Positions 19,409-30,000 of a stretch of DNA of 64,000 nt are shown here, one piece after another. The position numbers and the translations under genes were made by a program. Origin of the DNA: a bacterium (GTDB lineage: Bacteria > Margulisbacteria > Marinamargulisbacteria > GCA-2716485 > JAYNIM01); the NCBI GenBank assembly GCA_038109055.1, contig JAYNIM010000001.1, positions 500,631 through 564,630 of the forward strand, in the 5' to 3' direction. The notes below the pieces were generated by a model, which searched no databases, was not told the origin of the DNA, and saw nothing but the letters and a program-made list of their open reading frames with translations. Numbering within the stretch: position 1 is the first letter of the stretch; every line of letters begins with the position of its first letter.

Positions 19409-19780
19409 TTATTTTCTTTTTAGTTTCTTATTAATCTTATTTCGTTTATCCGATAATTTTTCAAGTTGATACGCAAAGGCTAACACCTCTGCTATTATAG
19501 CATATAATTTTGATGGTATATGTTGATTCAATTCTAATTTAGACAACAAATTACTTAATACGGGATCTTCATACAGAGGTATTTTGTGATCTTCTGCAAT
19601 ATGTAAAATCATTTCAGCAATTGAGGCTTTACCAGATGCAACGATTTTTGGGGCCTTGTCTTTTTCAATATCATATTTTATTGCGACTGCTTTTAACTTT
19701 TCTTTTTTGGGTAGATTTAACTGATCAATACGTTTCTTAAAGTTGATCTTATGTTTCTTCTGATTCTCGTTTGCCATCAT
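19409..19780 (-). CDS. FlhB C-terminal-domain-like protein (EscU/YscU/FlhB cytoplasmic domain paralogue, YlqH-type)
   Basis: KAVAIKYDIEKDKAPKIVASGKASIAEMILHIAEDHKIPLYEDPVLSNLLSKLELNQHIPSKLYAIIAEVLAFAY matches the FlhB_C pattern (A.AL.Y......AP.VVAKG....A..I...A.E..IP......L...L......I.......VAE...). Confidence 0.75.
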   Translation of the reverse strand: MMANENQKKHKINFKKRIDQLNLPKKEKLKAVAIKYDIEKDKAPKIVASGKASIAEMILHIAEDHKIPLYEDPVLSNLLSKLELNQHIPSKLYAIIAEVLAFAYQLEKLSDKRNKINKKLKRK

Positions 19781-20994
19781 GCCTCTGTACTAATATGTGT
19801 TAACCTATCTAAATCAAAATTTGGACATAACAATTCTTTTACCGGGATCTTTTTATCCATATATTTCACACCTTTAACTTTATAGTTAATGGCTTCCATT
19901 TGCTTTATTAAATCTGGAACCAAACTTGAAATTATCCGTTTTGTTTCTCCGTCTTTGCTATTAAACGTATATATTAGCGTATTCTCTATGACATTGATCA
20001 CAATACTTAATTCCCCAATATTTTCTGTTTCAAACTTAATGATCATGGTTGTTTTATCTTCATTTATCTGTGAGTTTTGTTTATTATTTCGTTTTTGAAT
20101 GAGGATATCCATATTATTTACTGGCGAGGCTAATAAATTTGGTATTTGCCAAAAATGAAACAAGTCTGCCTTAATCATAAACTGTGACTCTTTGGATAAG
20201 ACCAAATAAGCTAAACTATGATCAATATATTTTTCTAGTGATTTTTGCGTTTTCTCAAAAACTTCTTTGAGGCTTTGTTGTTGATATACATCTTTTATTT
20301 GAGTCAGTATTTTTTTATCCATCCCTTTTAGAAGACTCAAAAACAGTTTCGACTCTTTCATTAACCCAACATATTTTTCAACTTTAAAATTCAGCATGTT
20401 CTTTTTATCAAATCTGTAAAATTGTAACTTCTCATCTATTGCCGCTACTATCGCCGCTAAATGTTGCGTAAAAGCAGGACTCAATCCATCCTTAGAGGCG
20501 TGCATCGCTGCTTGTAATGCTTGTAAGTTTTGCTGTAATTGTTTGACTGTCCCTGTTAAATCTAATTCATTTGATAAAAATTGTTTTAACACAGAAATAC
20601 TTTTACCGTTCCCTTTTAAATTTTTAGCAATTGATAAGACGATAGACTCTAAATCCTTTGATGACGTCTTTCCTTTCATCAAATTATCAATTATTTCAAA
20701 ATAATCTTGATTCAAAGGAACTCCATAAGAAAGCATCGTCATGCCAATCCTCATATTATCAACATTGGGACTCTTACCAAAACTTAAGAGTTGATTCATG
20801 ATGTCATCTTTCGAATAGGGCTGTCGTTTACTTTCTGTTTTTTTTGTTGTTGAACGCACATCTTCTGATTGTGCTGTATGAATAGATGATACATTCGTTT
20901 CGTGACTTGTCTTTGATAGGGATCTACTTTGAGATTCCTCCGGAAGCTTGGGAGGTTGCGCACGATGTGATGAACCGGGAACTGATAAATTCAT
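19777..20994 (-). CDS. fliK: Flagellar hook-length control protein FliK-like
   Basis: Disordered Ser/Thr/Pro-rich N-terminus. The C-terminal block IIKFETENIGELSIVINVIENTLIYTFNSKDGETKRIISSLVPDLIKQMEAINYKV fits the FliK C-domain pattern (L.P..LG.L.V.I.......F.......R..L...L..L...L). First gene of the flagellar operon. Confidence 0.55.
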   Translation of the reverse strand: MNLSVPGSSHRAQPPKLPEESQSRSLSKTSHETNVSSIHTAQSEDVRSTTKKTESKRQPYSKDDIMNQLLSFGKSPNVDNMRIGMTMLSYGVPLNQDYFEIIDNLMKGKTSSKDLESIVLSIAKNLKGNGKSISVLKQFLSNELDLTGTVKQLQQNLQALQAAMHASKDGLSPAFTQHLAAIVAAIDEKLQFYRFDKKNMLNFKVEKYVGLMKESKLFLSLLKGMDKKILTQIKDVYQQQSLKEVFEKTQKSLEKYIDHSLAYLVLSKESQFMIKADLFHFWQIPNLLASPVNNMDILIQKRNNKQNSQINEDKTTMIIKFETENIGELSIVINVIENTLIYTFNSKDGETKRIISSLVPDLIKQMEAINYKVKGVKYMDKKIPVKELLCPNFDLDRLTHISTEA

Positions 20995-21056
20995 AGTTGG
21001 TACCTTCTTTTAGTATATCATATTCCTGTATAAAAACTAAAAAAAAGGTTCTGAAA

Positions 21057-21905
21057 CTACGAAATTAATTTCTGATAACCTTCTGCGATACGTAATGTCA
21101 GATGTTTTGACTTTAGTTGTGGATAGCCCTTCACATGTTGAATAGAGACAACACCTCTTAAGGCATTTGTCAAAAATATTTCGTCAAAGTCATTTAACTC
21201 TGATAGTGTTACGGGCCTTAGGATAATCTCTATATTTAATTTATCTTGGTTATTTAGCAAGAACTGGCGAGTGACGCCTGTTAAGACGCAATTCGATTTA
21301 GGGGTTATCACTTGTTGCCCCTTAATAAAGAATAAGTTTGCTAAGGCTGTTTCTAAAATATAGTTGTCTGCATCATACAATAGGACATCATCATAATCTT
21401 CTTCACTAAAGCGCAATTCCAACCAATTTTTCATCCATGCCATGGTTTTTAAACAATCTAATGGCGTCCGTTGAAACGATTCTTGCTTTACGTCCAATTT
21501 GATTCCATCTTTTAAACTTTCTTTTTCATAAGGCCGTAATACCATAAGGAGCATTGGCTTTTGTTCACTTTTTTTAACCAGTAATCCCGAACGGTTCCCT
21601 GCACTTAAGTAGATATTTAACACAGCTTCTTTAGCCTTGTTCTTTTTAATAAGAACGTCTACAGCTTCGCATATTGCGTCTTGATCCCAGTTGATATTGA
21701 TATCGAGCATTAAACTACTGCGACGTAATCGTGTACAGTGATCTCTGATAAGTCTTGGCCGACCTTCTTTCACTAAAATACTTTCAAAAAGGCCGTAACC
21801 ATATAAAAAACCCATATCTAAATATGGAAAGCCGAGACTTTCTTGAGGTTTAGTTTCTAAATTGACTGATACATAGGGGTAAACGTCTTGTTTTATTTGT
21901 TCCAT
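21057..21905 (-). CDS. Class IV (fold type IV) PLP enzyme: aminodeoxychorismate lyase / branched-chain or D-amino-acid aminotransferase family
   Basis: GYGLFESILVKEGRPRLIRDHCTRLRRSSLML and C-terminal GVTRQFLL...EIFLTNALRGVVSI match the family pattern. Confidence 0.65.
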   Translation of the reverse strand: MEQIKQDVYPYVSVNLETKPQESLGFPYLDMGFLYGYGLFESILVKEGRPRLIRDHCTRLRRSSLMLDININWDQDAICEAVDVLIKKNKAKEAVLNIYLSAGNRSGLLVKKSEQKPMLLMVLRPYEKESLKDGIKLDVKQESFQRTPLDCLKTMAWMKNWLELRFSEEDYDDVLLYDADNYILETALANLFFIKGQQVITPKSNCVLTGVTRQFLLNNQDKLNIEIILRPVTLSELNDFDEIFLTNALRGVVSIQHVKGYPQLKSKHLTLRIAEGYQKLIS

Positions 21906-21933
21906 TGTGTGGCAAGTATACCTCTTTTTCTTG

Positions 21934-23727
21934 TTATTTGTCTAATTTTAACACCGATAAAAAGGCTTCTTTTGGAACCTCAACAGACCCAATTTGTTTC
22001 ATTTTCTTTTTGCCTTTTTTTTGTTTTTCTAATAATTTCCGTTTTCTGGAAATATCTCCTCCATAACATTTTGCTGTGACATTTTTTCGCATCGCAGAGA
22101 TGGTTTCACGACAGATTACTTTTGCACCAATAGCCGCTTGTAAAGGGACTTCGAACATTTGTCGTGGGATCAATGTCTTGAGTTTTTCTACAATTTTTCG
22201 CCCCAGAGTTTCGGCATTTTGCGCGTGACAAATAAATGATAACGCATCAACGGGTTCGGCTTTGATCAAAATATCAACCTTGACGAGTTTCGTTTCGACA
22301 TACCCTTTAAAGCTATAATCCATACTGGCATAGCCTTTTGTGGCTGATTTCAGTCTGTCAAAAAAGGCATGAATGAGTTCGTTTAAGGGTATATCAACAT
22401 GCAGTACTTGTCGCGTTCCATCTAAAAGTTCTGATTTTTTGTACAGGCCTCTGTTCTCTTTAACCAAGTCGTTTACAACCCCCAAATAATTATTGGGCGT
22501 GACGATTGCCAGCTCCATCAAGGGTTCTTTCATGGTTTCAATCTCTGTTACCTGCGGAAATTGACTTGGATTTTCTACTTTGATGAGCGTCCCATCTGTT
22601 TTTCTGATTTCATAGGTGACGTTTGGGGCGGTGATAATTAGTTCGATTCCAAACTCGCGTTGGATACGCTCTTGGGTAATTTCCATATGTAGTAGACCTA
22701 AAAACCCACAACGAAAACCAAAGCCCAAGGCCTGTGACGACTCCACCTCGTATTGGAGTGCGGCATCATTTAATTTTAATTTTTCTAAGGCTTCTTTTAA
22801 ATCGTTATAATCTTGGGTATCAACGGGATAAAAACCCGAAAACACCATGGGTTTGACCTCTTTATAACCAGGCAAGCTTTGGGGGCTTGGATGCTGAGCA
22901 TCGGTAATGGTATCCCCAATTTTGGCATCTGCAATGGTTTTGATATTACAAATCAAATACCCTACTTCGCCAGCTTCTAAGCTATTTAATGGCGTCATTT
23001 TGGGTTTAAAGCAGCCTAATTCTAATACCTCGTACTGTTTATCACTGGCCATAAACATGATTTTCTGCCTTTTACTTAACACTCCATTTATTACACGCAC
23101 ATAAGCAATGACTCCGCGATATTCATCATAGTGGGCATCATATACTAGGGCTTGTAGGGTTGTATTTACGTCGCCTTTTGGACTGGGGATTTGGGTAACC
23201 ACTTTTTCTAAAATATCACTAACACCTTGCCCTGTTTTTGCTGAACACTGCACACAGTCTTCGGCTGGAATGCCTAATACCAATTCGATATCGTCGAGTA
23301 CCCGTTCGGGCTCGGCTGAGGGCAGGTCGATTTTGTTTATTAGAGGGATAATTTCAAGGTCGTGTTCGAGGGCCAAATAAAAATTGGCCAAGGTTTGCGC
23401 CTCAATCCCTTGGCTCGCATCTACTAATAATAAAGCCCCTTCACATGCTGCTAAAGAGCGCGAGACTTCGTAGGTAAAATCCACATGACCAGGCGTATCG
23501 ATCAAATTTAATTGGTAGTCATGTCCATCCTTGGCCTTGTACGTCATTCGTACGGCTTGCATTTTGATGGTAATCCCACGCTCACGCTCCAAATCCATAC
23601 CATCTAGGACCTGGGCTTTCATTTCGCGCTGACTTAAGGTTTGTGTTTCTTCGATCAGGCGATCTGATAGCGTTGATTTCCCATGATCAATATGAGCAAT
23701 AATCGCGAAGTTCCGTGTATTTTTCAT
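21934..23727 (-). CDS. lepA: Elongation factor 4 (LepA)
   Basis: [37 protein letters not shown] GTPase motifs and full-length LepA colinearity, including the C-terminal [24 protein letters not shown]. Confidence 0.95.
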   Translation of the reverse strand: MKNTRNFAIIAHIDHGKSTLSDRLIEETQTLSQREMKAQVLDGMDLERERGITIKMQAVRMTYKAKDGHDYQLNLIDTPGHVDFTYEVSRSLAACEGALLLVDASQGIEAQTLANFYLALEHDLEIIPLINKIDLPSAEPERVLDDIELVLGIPAEDCVQCSAKTGQGVSDILEKVVTQIPSPKGDVNTTLQALVYDAHYDEYRGVIAYVRVINGVLSKRQKIMFMASDKQYEVLELGCFKPKMTPLNSLEAGEVGYLICNIKTIADAKIGDTITDAQHPSPQSLPGYKEVKPMVFSGFYPVDTQDYNDLKEALEKLKLNDAALQYEVESSQALGFGFRCGFLGLLHMEITQERIQREFGIELIITAPNVTYEIRKTDGTLIKVENPSQFPQVTEIETMKEPLMELAIVTPNNYLGVVNDLVKENRGLYKKSELLDGTRQVLHVDIPLNELIHAFFDRLKSATKGYASMDYSFKGYVETKLVKVDILIKAEPVDALSFICHAQNAETLGRKIVEKLKTLIPRQMFEVPLQAAIGAKVICRETISAMRKNVTAKCYGGDISRKRKLLEKQKKGKKKMKQIGSVEVPKEAFLSVLKLDK

Positions 23728-23892
23728 TCATTTTATGCTAGCACTATCTTGGGATTTGTGGCAAAGCGCTCTTTGTGTTGAATTGGGCTTTTCTGTGCTT
23801 CTCATTTTATATTCTGTCTTTTTTTATGTTTTAGGTTTTTTTTCGCTCATGGTTTATGATTGCAAGATAATCTTAAATTATAGGAGATATGG

Positions 23893-25833
23893 ATGACAAT
23901 TGACTCTTTTTCGGATGATACGGAAGTAATAGCAGCTTCATCTGCCTTTTGTAGAGATGCTCGTTATAAAGACCCCTCTATTTATGATCAGGCAAATAAA
24001 GATCCTGAAGCCTTTTGGGCGAAACAAGCTCGGCAACTTCAATGGATGCGCCCATTTACGCAGGTATTAGATTGGCAAACACCGCAGGCAAAATGGTTTG
24101 CAGATGGTACGTTGAATGTTGCCGATAATTGCTTGGATGTCCATCTCGCTACACACGCAAAAAAAACGGCTATTATTTGGGAAGGTGAAGAAGGTGAGAG
24201 TCGTCGTTTGAGCTACTTGGCCTTGACGATGGCAGTGAACCAGTTAGCGAATACCTTAAAACATACTTTTTACTTAAACAAAGGTGATCGCGTGACTTTA
24301 TACATGCCCATGGTCCCGGAACTCGCTATTGCAGTATTAGCCTGTGCTCGCTTAGGCGTGATTCACAGTGTCGTATTTGCTGGATTCTCTGCCAAGGCCT
24401 TGAAAGAACGTATTGTGGACTCGGGCTCTCGGGTCCTTATTACAGCGGATGCCGCTAAACGTCGTGGCCAATTGCTTCCTCTTAAGCAAATTGTTGATCA
24501 GGCCCTGCGTGATGATGATACGACCATAGAAAATGTCTTAGTTTTGGGCCATATTGGGGCGAAGAGTCAGTGTCAGATGCAGGCTGATCGTGACTATGAC
24601 TACTATGAAACTGTGCAAGAACAGTCGTCACAAATCGCCTCGGAAGAAATGGCCAGTGAGGATATTCTTTTCATTTTATATACCTCCGGCACTACTGGAA
24701 AACCCAAGGGAATTATGCATAGTTCTGGGGGCTATTTGACCCATGCACACTTTTCGACGAAAGCTGTTTTTGATCTGAAAGATGCGGATATTTTTTGGTG
24801 CACCGCTGATATTGGCTGGATTACGGGGCATAGCTATGTCATTTATGGTCCCTTAAGTATGGGTGCCACGGTTGTCATGTACGAAGGTAGTCCGGATTAT
24901 CCCAAAAAAGACCGTTTTTGGGAACTGATCTCCAAACATCAAGTCTCTATTTTGTATACAGCACCTACGGCTATTCGCGCCTTTATGAAATGGGGGGATC
25001 ATCTCCCAAAAGCGCATGATTTATCTTCCTTACGCTTGTTAGGGACAGTGGGTGAGCCCATTAATCCTGAGGCGTGGAAATGGTATCATCAGCATATCGG
25101 TCAGGGACGTTGTCCCATCGTTGATACCTGGTGGCAAACAGAAACGGGTGGCATTATGATCAGTAATCTCTCGGCTCTAAATCCCATGAAACCGGGGATT
25201 GCTGGCCTGCCCCTGCCGGGTATTGAAGCCAAGGTACTGAATGAGAAAGGGGAATCTGTCTCTGAAGGAGGTGGCTATTTGTCGCTTACCCAACCATGGC
25301 CCTCAATGCTGCGGGGTATTTGGGGAGATGAGGCCCGTTTTCGTGAGACCTATTGGTCTAAATTTGATAGCTATTTTGCAGGTGATGCGGCTATTGTGGA
25401 TCATGATGGTTATCTGAAAGTGTTGGGACGTGTGGATGACGTATTGAATGTCTCGGGTCATCGTATTGGTACTATGGAAGTTGAAAGTGCCTTGGTCGCA
25501 CATCCAGCTGTCGCTGAAGCTGCAGTCGTAGGTATGCCTGATGAGATTAAGGGACAAGCTATTGTAGCGTTTGTGATTCTAACGGCTAATCAGGATGTCT
25601 ATGAGGGCATAGAATTGGACTTGGTTCGTGCTGTTGCAGAAGATATTGGAGCCATTGCTAAGCCCAAGCAAATCGTCATCAGCCCGGACTTACCCAAAAC
25701 GCGTAGTGGTAAAATTATGCGTCGAATTTTAAAATCATTGGTTGCTCAGCAAGAACTAGGTGATTGTAGTACACTAGCTAATCCTGACATTGTTGATACT
25801 CTTCAGAAACAGCTTCAACTCCAGCATGCATAA
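23893..25833 (+). CDS. acs: Acetyl-CoA synthetase
   Basis: AGGAG RBS. ILYTSGTTGKPKG AMP-binding motif, WWQTETGG, and C-terminal PKTRSGKIMRRIL. Full-length Acs colinearity. Confidence 0.95.
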   Translation: MTIDSFSDDTEVIAASSAFCRDARYKDPSIYDQANKDPEAFWAKQARQLQWMRPFTQVLDWQTPQAKWFADGTLNVADNCLDVHLATHAKKTAIIWEGEEGESRRLSYLALTMAVNQLANTLKHTFYLNKGDRVTLYMPMVPELAIAVLACARLGVIHSVVFAGFSAKALKERIVDSGSRVLITADAAKRRGQLLPLKQIVDQALRDDDTTIENVLVLGHIGAKSQCQMQADRDYDYYETVQEQSSQIASEEMASEDILFILYTSGTTGKPKGIMHSSGGYLTHAHFSTKAVFDLKDADIFWCTADIGWITGHSYVIYGPLSMGATVVMYEGSPDYPKKDRFWELISKHQVSILYTAPTAIRAFMKWGDHLPKAHDLSSLRLLGTVGEPINPEAWKWYHQHIGQGRCPIVDTWWQTETGGIMISNLSALNPMKPGIAGLPLPGIEAKVLNEKGESVSEGGGYLSLTQPWPSMLRGIWGDEARFRETYWSKFDSYFAGDAAIVDHDGYLKVLGRVDDVLNVSGHRIGTMEVESALVAHPAVAEAAVVGMPDEIKGQAIVAFVILTANQDVYEGIELDLVRAVAEDIGAIAKPKQIVISPDLPKTRSGKIMRRILKSLVAQQELGDCSTLANPDIVDTLQKQLQLQHA

Positions 25834-25852
25834 CACTCGATCTTTGGGGGGA

Positions 25853-26659
25853 ATGACTGTCTCTATTTTGGGCTGTGGATGGCTAGGTCTTGGGGTAGCG
25901 AAGGATCTTATCACTTTGGGTGTTCGTGTTAAAGGATCTAGCACAAGTGCTCAAAGGCTTCGTTTACTATCTGATTTAGATATAGACCCTTATCTCATCC
26001 AATGTCGTAGGGATATCGAAGGGGATCGCCTTCCTGATTTTTTTAACTCAGACGTTCTGATAGTGACCCTGCCCTTTAAGCGTCACTTTAATCCCCCCTC
26101 TATCTATGTAGATCAAATGAACTTATTGAAGACTTACTTACAAAAATCGCCCCTTAAAATGCTTATTTTTACAAGCTCTACCGGTATTTATGATGGCTGT
26201 TCAGGAGAGGTTAATGAAAACACAGCTTTGAGTTTAGATAAACCACGCGTCGCTGCGTTAGCCCAGGTAGAGTCTGATTTGATGGCTATTGATACGCTGG
26301 ATACCTGTATACTGCGCTTGGCAGGGCTTTATGGGCCAGATCGTGCATTGGGAACATTCTGGGCAGGCAAGCATTGTCCAAAGCCTGCCAATACACCTGT
26401 CAATCTCCTCCATCAAGCTGATTGTATCGCGATTATACGTAGCTGCATTCAACAAGGCTGTACGGGAATCTATAACGCCGTCAGTGATAGGCATCCTTCA
26501 CGACAGCATCTCTACACGCATGCTGCTCTTCGTATGGGCTTAGCTCCGCCACTATTTAATTCCACACTCAGTGATTCCTTGCAACGCCAGGTCTCTAATC
26601 AGGCCTTAAAACGCTGCTTAAGGTATGCCTTTCTTTATCCTGACCCCATGGGGTTATAA
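25853..26659 (+). CDS. NAD(P)-binding Rossmann-fold protein (SDR/epimerase-like)
   Basis: MTVSILGCGWLGLGVAKDL glycine-rich dinucleotide motif at the N-terminus. I chose ATG 25853 over the track start at 25790, which overlaps acs. Confidence 0.55.
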   Translation: MTVSILGCGWLGLGVAKDLITLGVRVKGSSTSAQRLRLLSDLDIDPYLIQCRRDIEGDRLPDFFNSDVLIVTLPFKRHFNPPSIYVDQMNLLKTYLQKSPLKMLIFTSSTGIYDGCSGEVNENTALSLDKPRVAALAQVESDLMAIDTLDTCILRLAGLYGPDRALGTFWAGKHCPKPANTPVNLLHQADCIAIIRSCIQQGCTGIYNAVSDRHPSRQHLYTHAALRMGLAPPLFNSTLSDSLQRQVSNQALKRCLRYAFLYPDPMGL

Positions 26660-26720
26660 GCGTATTTCTTGCGTTTTTCCTTACATACAAGCTTCTTTCT
26701 GCAAGGTTTAGATATTGGCT

Positions 26721-26852
26721 CTGTCGCAAAAGGCACAATCTGAAAAATTTTCGCCTAATTCATGTATAGGTATACACTTCTTTGTGCGAGAATTTTCCCA
26801 TCTCATCCCTTTTTCCACATCGCGTTTTTACGTTTTTGCCATTTTGCGACAG
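26721..26852. repeat. Imperfect long inverted repeat in the intergenic region upstream of the USP-NADAR gene
   Basis: CTGTCGCAAAA(g)GCA at 26721 pairs with TGCCATTTTGCGACAG ending at 26852. Inner partial pairs are GAAAAATTTTCGC / GCGAGAATTTTCC and a central TGTATAGGTATACA near-palindrome. Confidence 0.5.
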
Positions 26853-27079
26853 TCCCATATTAAATTTATTTAAATCTTAGCAATATAGTTATGTTCATTA
26901 TTTAAAATAGTTTTTTGTATTAAACTTAGCATCTTAAAACATAATTTTACTTGATTTTGTTTACTTTTTATTCAAAACGGGAACTGTTTTGTTATGGATT
27001 ATACATTATTTTCCGCGTTTCTATCTCTCCCTAATCTGGCTACACAATTTCATGCTGACTTTTTCAAGCATAGGAAGGG

Positions 27080-30000
27080 ATGTCTATGAGTACCCCTGGT
27101 TTACCTCCAGGTTCAAGTTTACCTCAAGCTTTACATTCGCACCCCTATGCATCTGTTGCTCTTCCCAATGCTGTTGCTGCTTCCGATACTACGTCCTCTA
27201 CTGCTGCTACGGCTCTTTCTCCTCTTGCTTCTGCTTCTGGAGATGGGCCTAAATTTGATATTACTTCTCCGGATACCGAATCGGCTATTAAGTCTATTAG
27301 GGAGACAACGTCACATTTAAACAAATTATACGACGCTGATAAACGCACTAAAAACTTTGCTACATTTCGAGCACAACGTGACACGGAGATCAGCGCAATG
27401 AATAAGTTTTTTAAGACTGATCCCGACTCAATCTGCCCTTTACTTCTATTAGAGACTATCGGAGCTCAAACTGAGACTCTTTTTAGTTCCAATGTAGATA
27501 CGACTTGCGGAATCATCGCAAAGGATGCTGAAGAGTTACGTAAAGTTCAAAATAAATTTTTCTTATTTGCTAAAGTAGCTGCAGTGCTGCTTCAACGGAT
27601 TCTTGATGATGCACAGACTAAGCTTAATAAATTGGCTCTTAAACGTGCTATTACCTTATTTTCGCAATTAATGACTGTCTTAAAAGCTAATCTTGATCCC
27701 ACATATCAATATCAAGCTGATATTCATGTCTTGAATGACTATTTTTCTGCTGCTGTTAAGGGAACCCCTCAACATGGTGGGCGTATGCTAGAAAAAAAAT
27801 GGTTCGCTTATTTTCCTGTCAAGCCTTCTAAGGATCGGATCACGTTATTAAAGGATGTTGATGGTAGTGATACTGAGTTACTTGAAGATTCATACTTTGA
27901 TACACATAAGTTTAATCTTGGGGAAAACACTTGTTATCTTGGTTATCAAAGCAACTCTTCAACCCCTCCTTCTACGGCTAAAATAGATCTAGATTTATTT
28001 CGACTGAGCTATTGTGGTACGAAGACACATCACGGGTCTGTTTTTGGCCCTCACGTTTCATCTGAGACTAGGATTTCCTTAGGTTCTAAACTTTATCAGG
28101 AGCTTATAGACTTAAACGATCCCCTAATCCAGTCTAAACTAACTCCGTCTACTTCTGATATCAGTTATACTGAACTGCAAGAATTGATTTCTTATGTCGC
28201 TGAACTTCCTCACACTAGAGATGATTTATTAGCTTCATTACTTTCTCTAAATGACGGTATTTCAACGGCTCAGGCACGTTCTCTTGCGAAAGATACTCTT
28301 AGGGCTGAAAAGTGTGAGGATGTTCTTGGAATCAACAATCCTGGAAACCACTGCTATGCAAATGCCACCATACAAATGCTACGCTCTTTGCCGCAGACAT
28401 TTCGCGATTATCTGGAATCAGTCCCTTTTCCACCTGACGCTATTTCTTTATCTGATCCTCTATACGCAAACTTCGTAGCAGATAATATTGTTCATTTAAA
28501 GGATCTTCTTGATCCTAAAACTTCAGCAAAAGATGCTAATACTGCTCTTTCAGCTATATTGAAATCCTTTGATGACGAGAACGACACTGATTTTAATACA
28601 GCTCAACAAGATCCTCATGAGTTACTCACTCAGATCATTTCATGTTTCTTACCTGATCTTAATGATCATTCCAGATTACAGGAGTATGCAACTAAGACAG
28701 GCATGCCTATTCATGTTAAAAGTCACTATGTATCTAGTAATTTTTCTTCTCATCGTGCACAAATTGGTCCAGTAGAATATAACTGGTTCGATGAGTTCCA
28801 GGTTCAAGAACTAGATGATTCCCACAATGCTCAAGATACCTTTCTAGCTCCGAAAAAGAGAGAAAGTGAACTAAACGGGAATGGAGGATGTGTTAATGCT
28901 GATGTGCTTGCCTATTATGATCAGCATAAAGGCACCTTAAGTGCCTCAGAACAACAGGCCATTGATGGAGCTGGACTTAGTGAGCAGCAAAAGGTGGCAC
29001 TTATTATGCAGACATTCACAAACAAGGATTCCTCCCTTGATTTTTCTCAGGTAAAACAAGTTGATGTTAAAGAGACTATCTTTCCTTCAACTCGTTCTGA
29101 TGATCCGCCTATACGCCATCTTTCCTTTAGACGTGATGCTCAAAATGGCAGAAAACTCACCAACCCAGTCGACTTAACTCACACAACGTGTATTATCGTT
29201 CATCAAGGTCCGTCGATGAATCAAGGTCATTATGTGACCTATCGTCTTCTCGAACAATATGGACAAGATAATATCTGGGTATGTTTAAATGATGGGAGAT
29301 CTACAATTTGTTCTGACCCTCGAAATGATCCGACTATACGTGCAAACGCTGTCTATGCGATTTATGACGCAACTGCCCCTCCTGTTGTTGCTGCCAGTAG
29401 TCGAGACACAGTTGATCTGTTTAGACCCTTAGCTGCTGCTTCTGCTGAGGCTGCTGGATCTTCAGTCCCATTGCCTGCTGTTCGAGGTATTGCTGCGTCT
29501 GGGTATTTACATCACCTTCAACAACAACATTTCAGACAGGATCCTCACATAGGGCTAGATATGCAACATGTTGCCCATGATACTATTGCTTTTAATGAAG
29601 AAAACCATGCGACGGGTGTATTATCGAATACAGCACGTGCCCCTTTTAAGGCAAAGGTACCCTATCATGGACCCGAACAAGAAAAAGAGTTTCCATCAGC
29701 TGAACATTATTTTCATTATATGAAATTGGCTTATATTGAACAGAATTCTACCCATGGGCTATTACATGGTAACGACCCACAAACTAAGGAATACTGGCTT
29801 AAACGCATGTTACCTCTACAAGGTTCACAGTTGCAAGATCAGTGTGATGACTGGGGATTCAATGACGCTTTTAAATCACCTGGCGTTCCCGAATGGCATG
29901 ACGAGGGTAAAAAAAAAGTGATGTGGGATGCCTTATGCCTCAAATATCAGGCCCCTCATAACCAAGAGTTTAGAAAGATGATCAATGAAATAGCTAGGTG

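Noticed and set aside
25790-25852. Upstream extension of the Rossmann-fold ORF overlapping the acs 3' end
   Set aside because: The conserved GxGxxG fold starts right after Met at 25853, and the extension overlaps acs by 44 nt and has no conservation logic.
26989-27252. 87-aa Cys-rich ORF (..CICCSSQCCCCFRYYVLYCCYG..) overlapping the start of the USP-NADAR gene
   Set aside because: It is an alternative frame of the Ser/Ala/Thr-rich GCT/TCT-repeat N-terminus of the 1040-aa ORF. It has no RBS and no independent support.
29736-29921. Identical 61-aa ORFs at 29736-29921 and 34590-34775
   Set aside because: They are off-frame ORFs within the duplicated NADAR-coding segment. Their identity simply reflects the 1.59 kb repeat.
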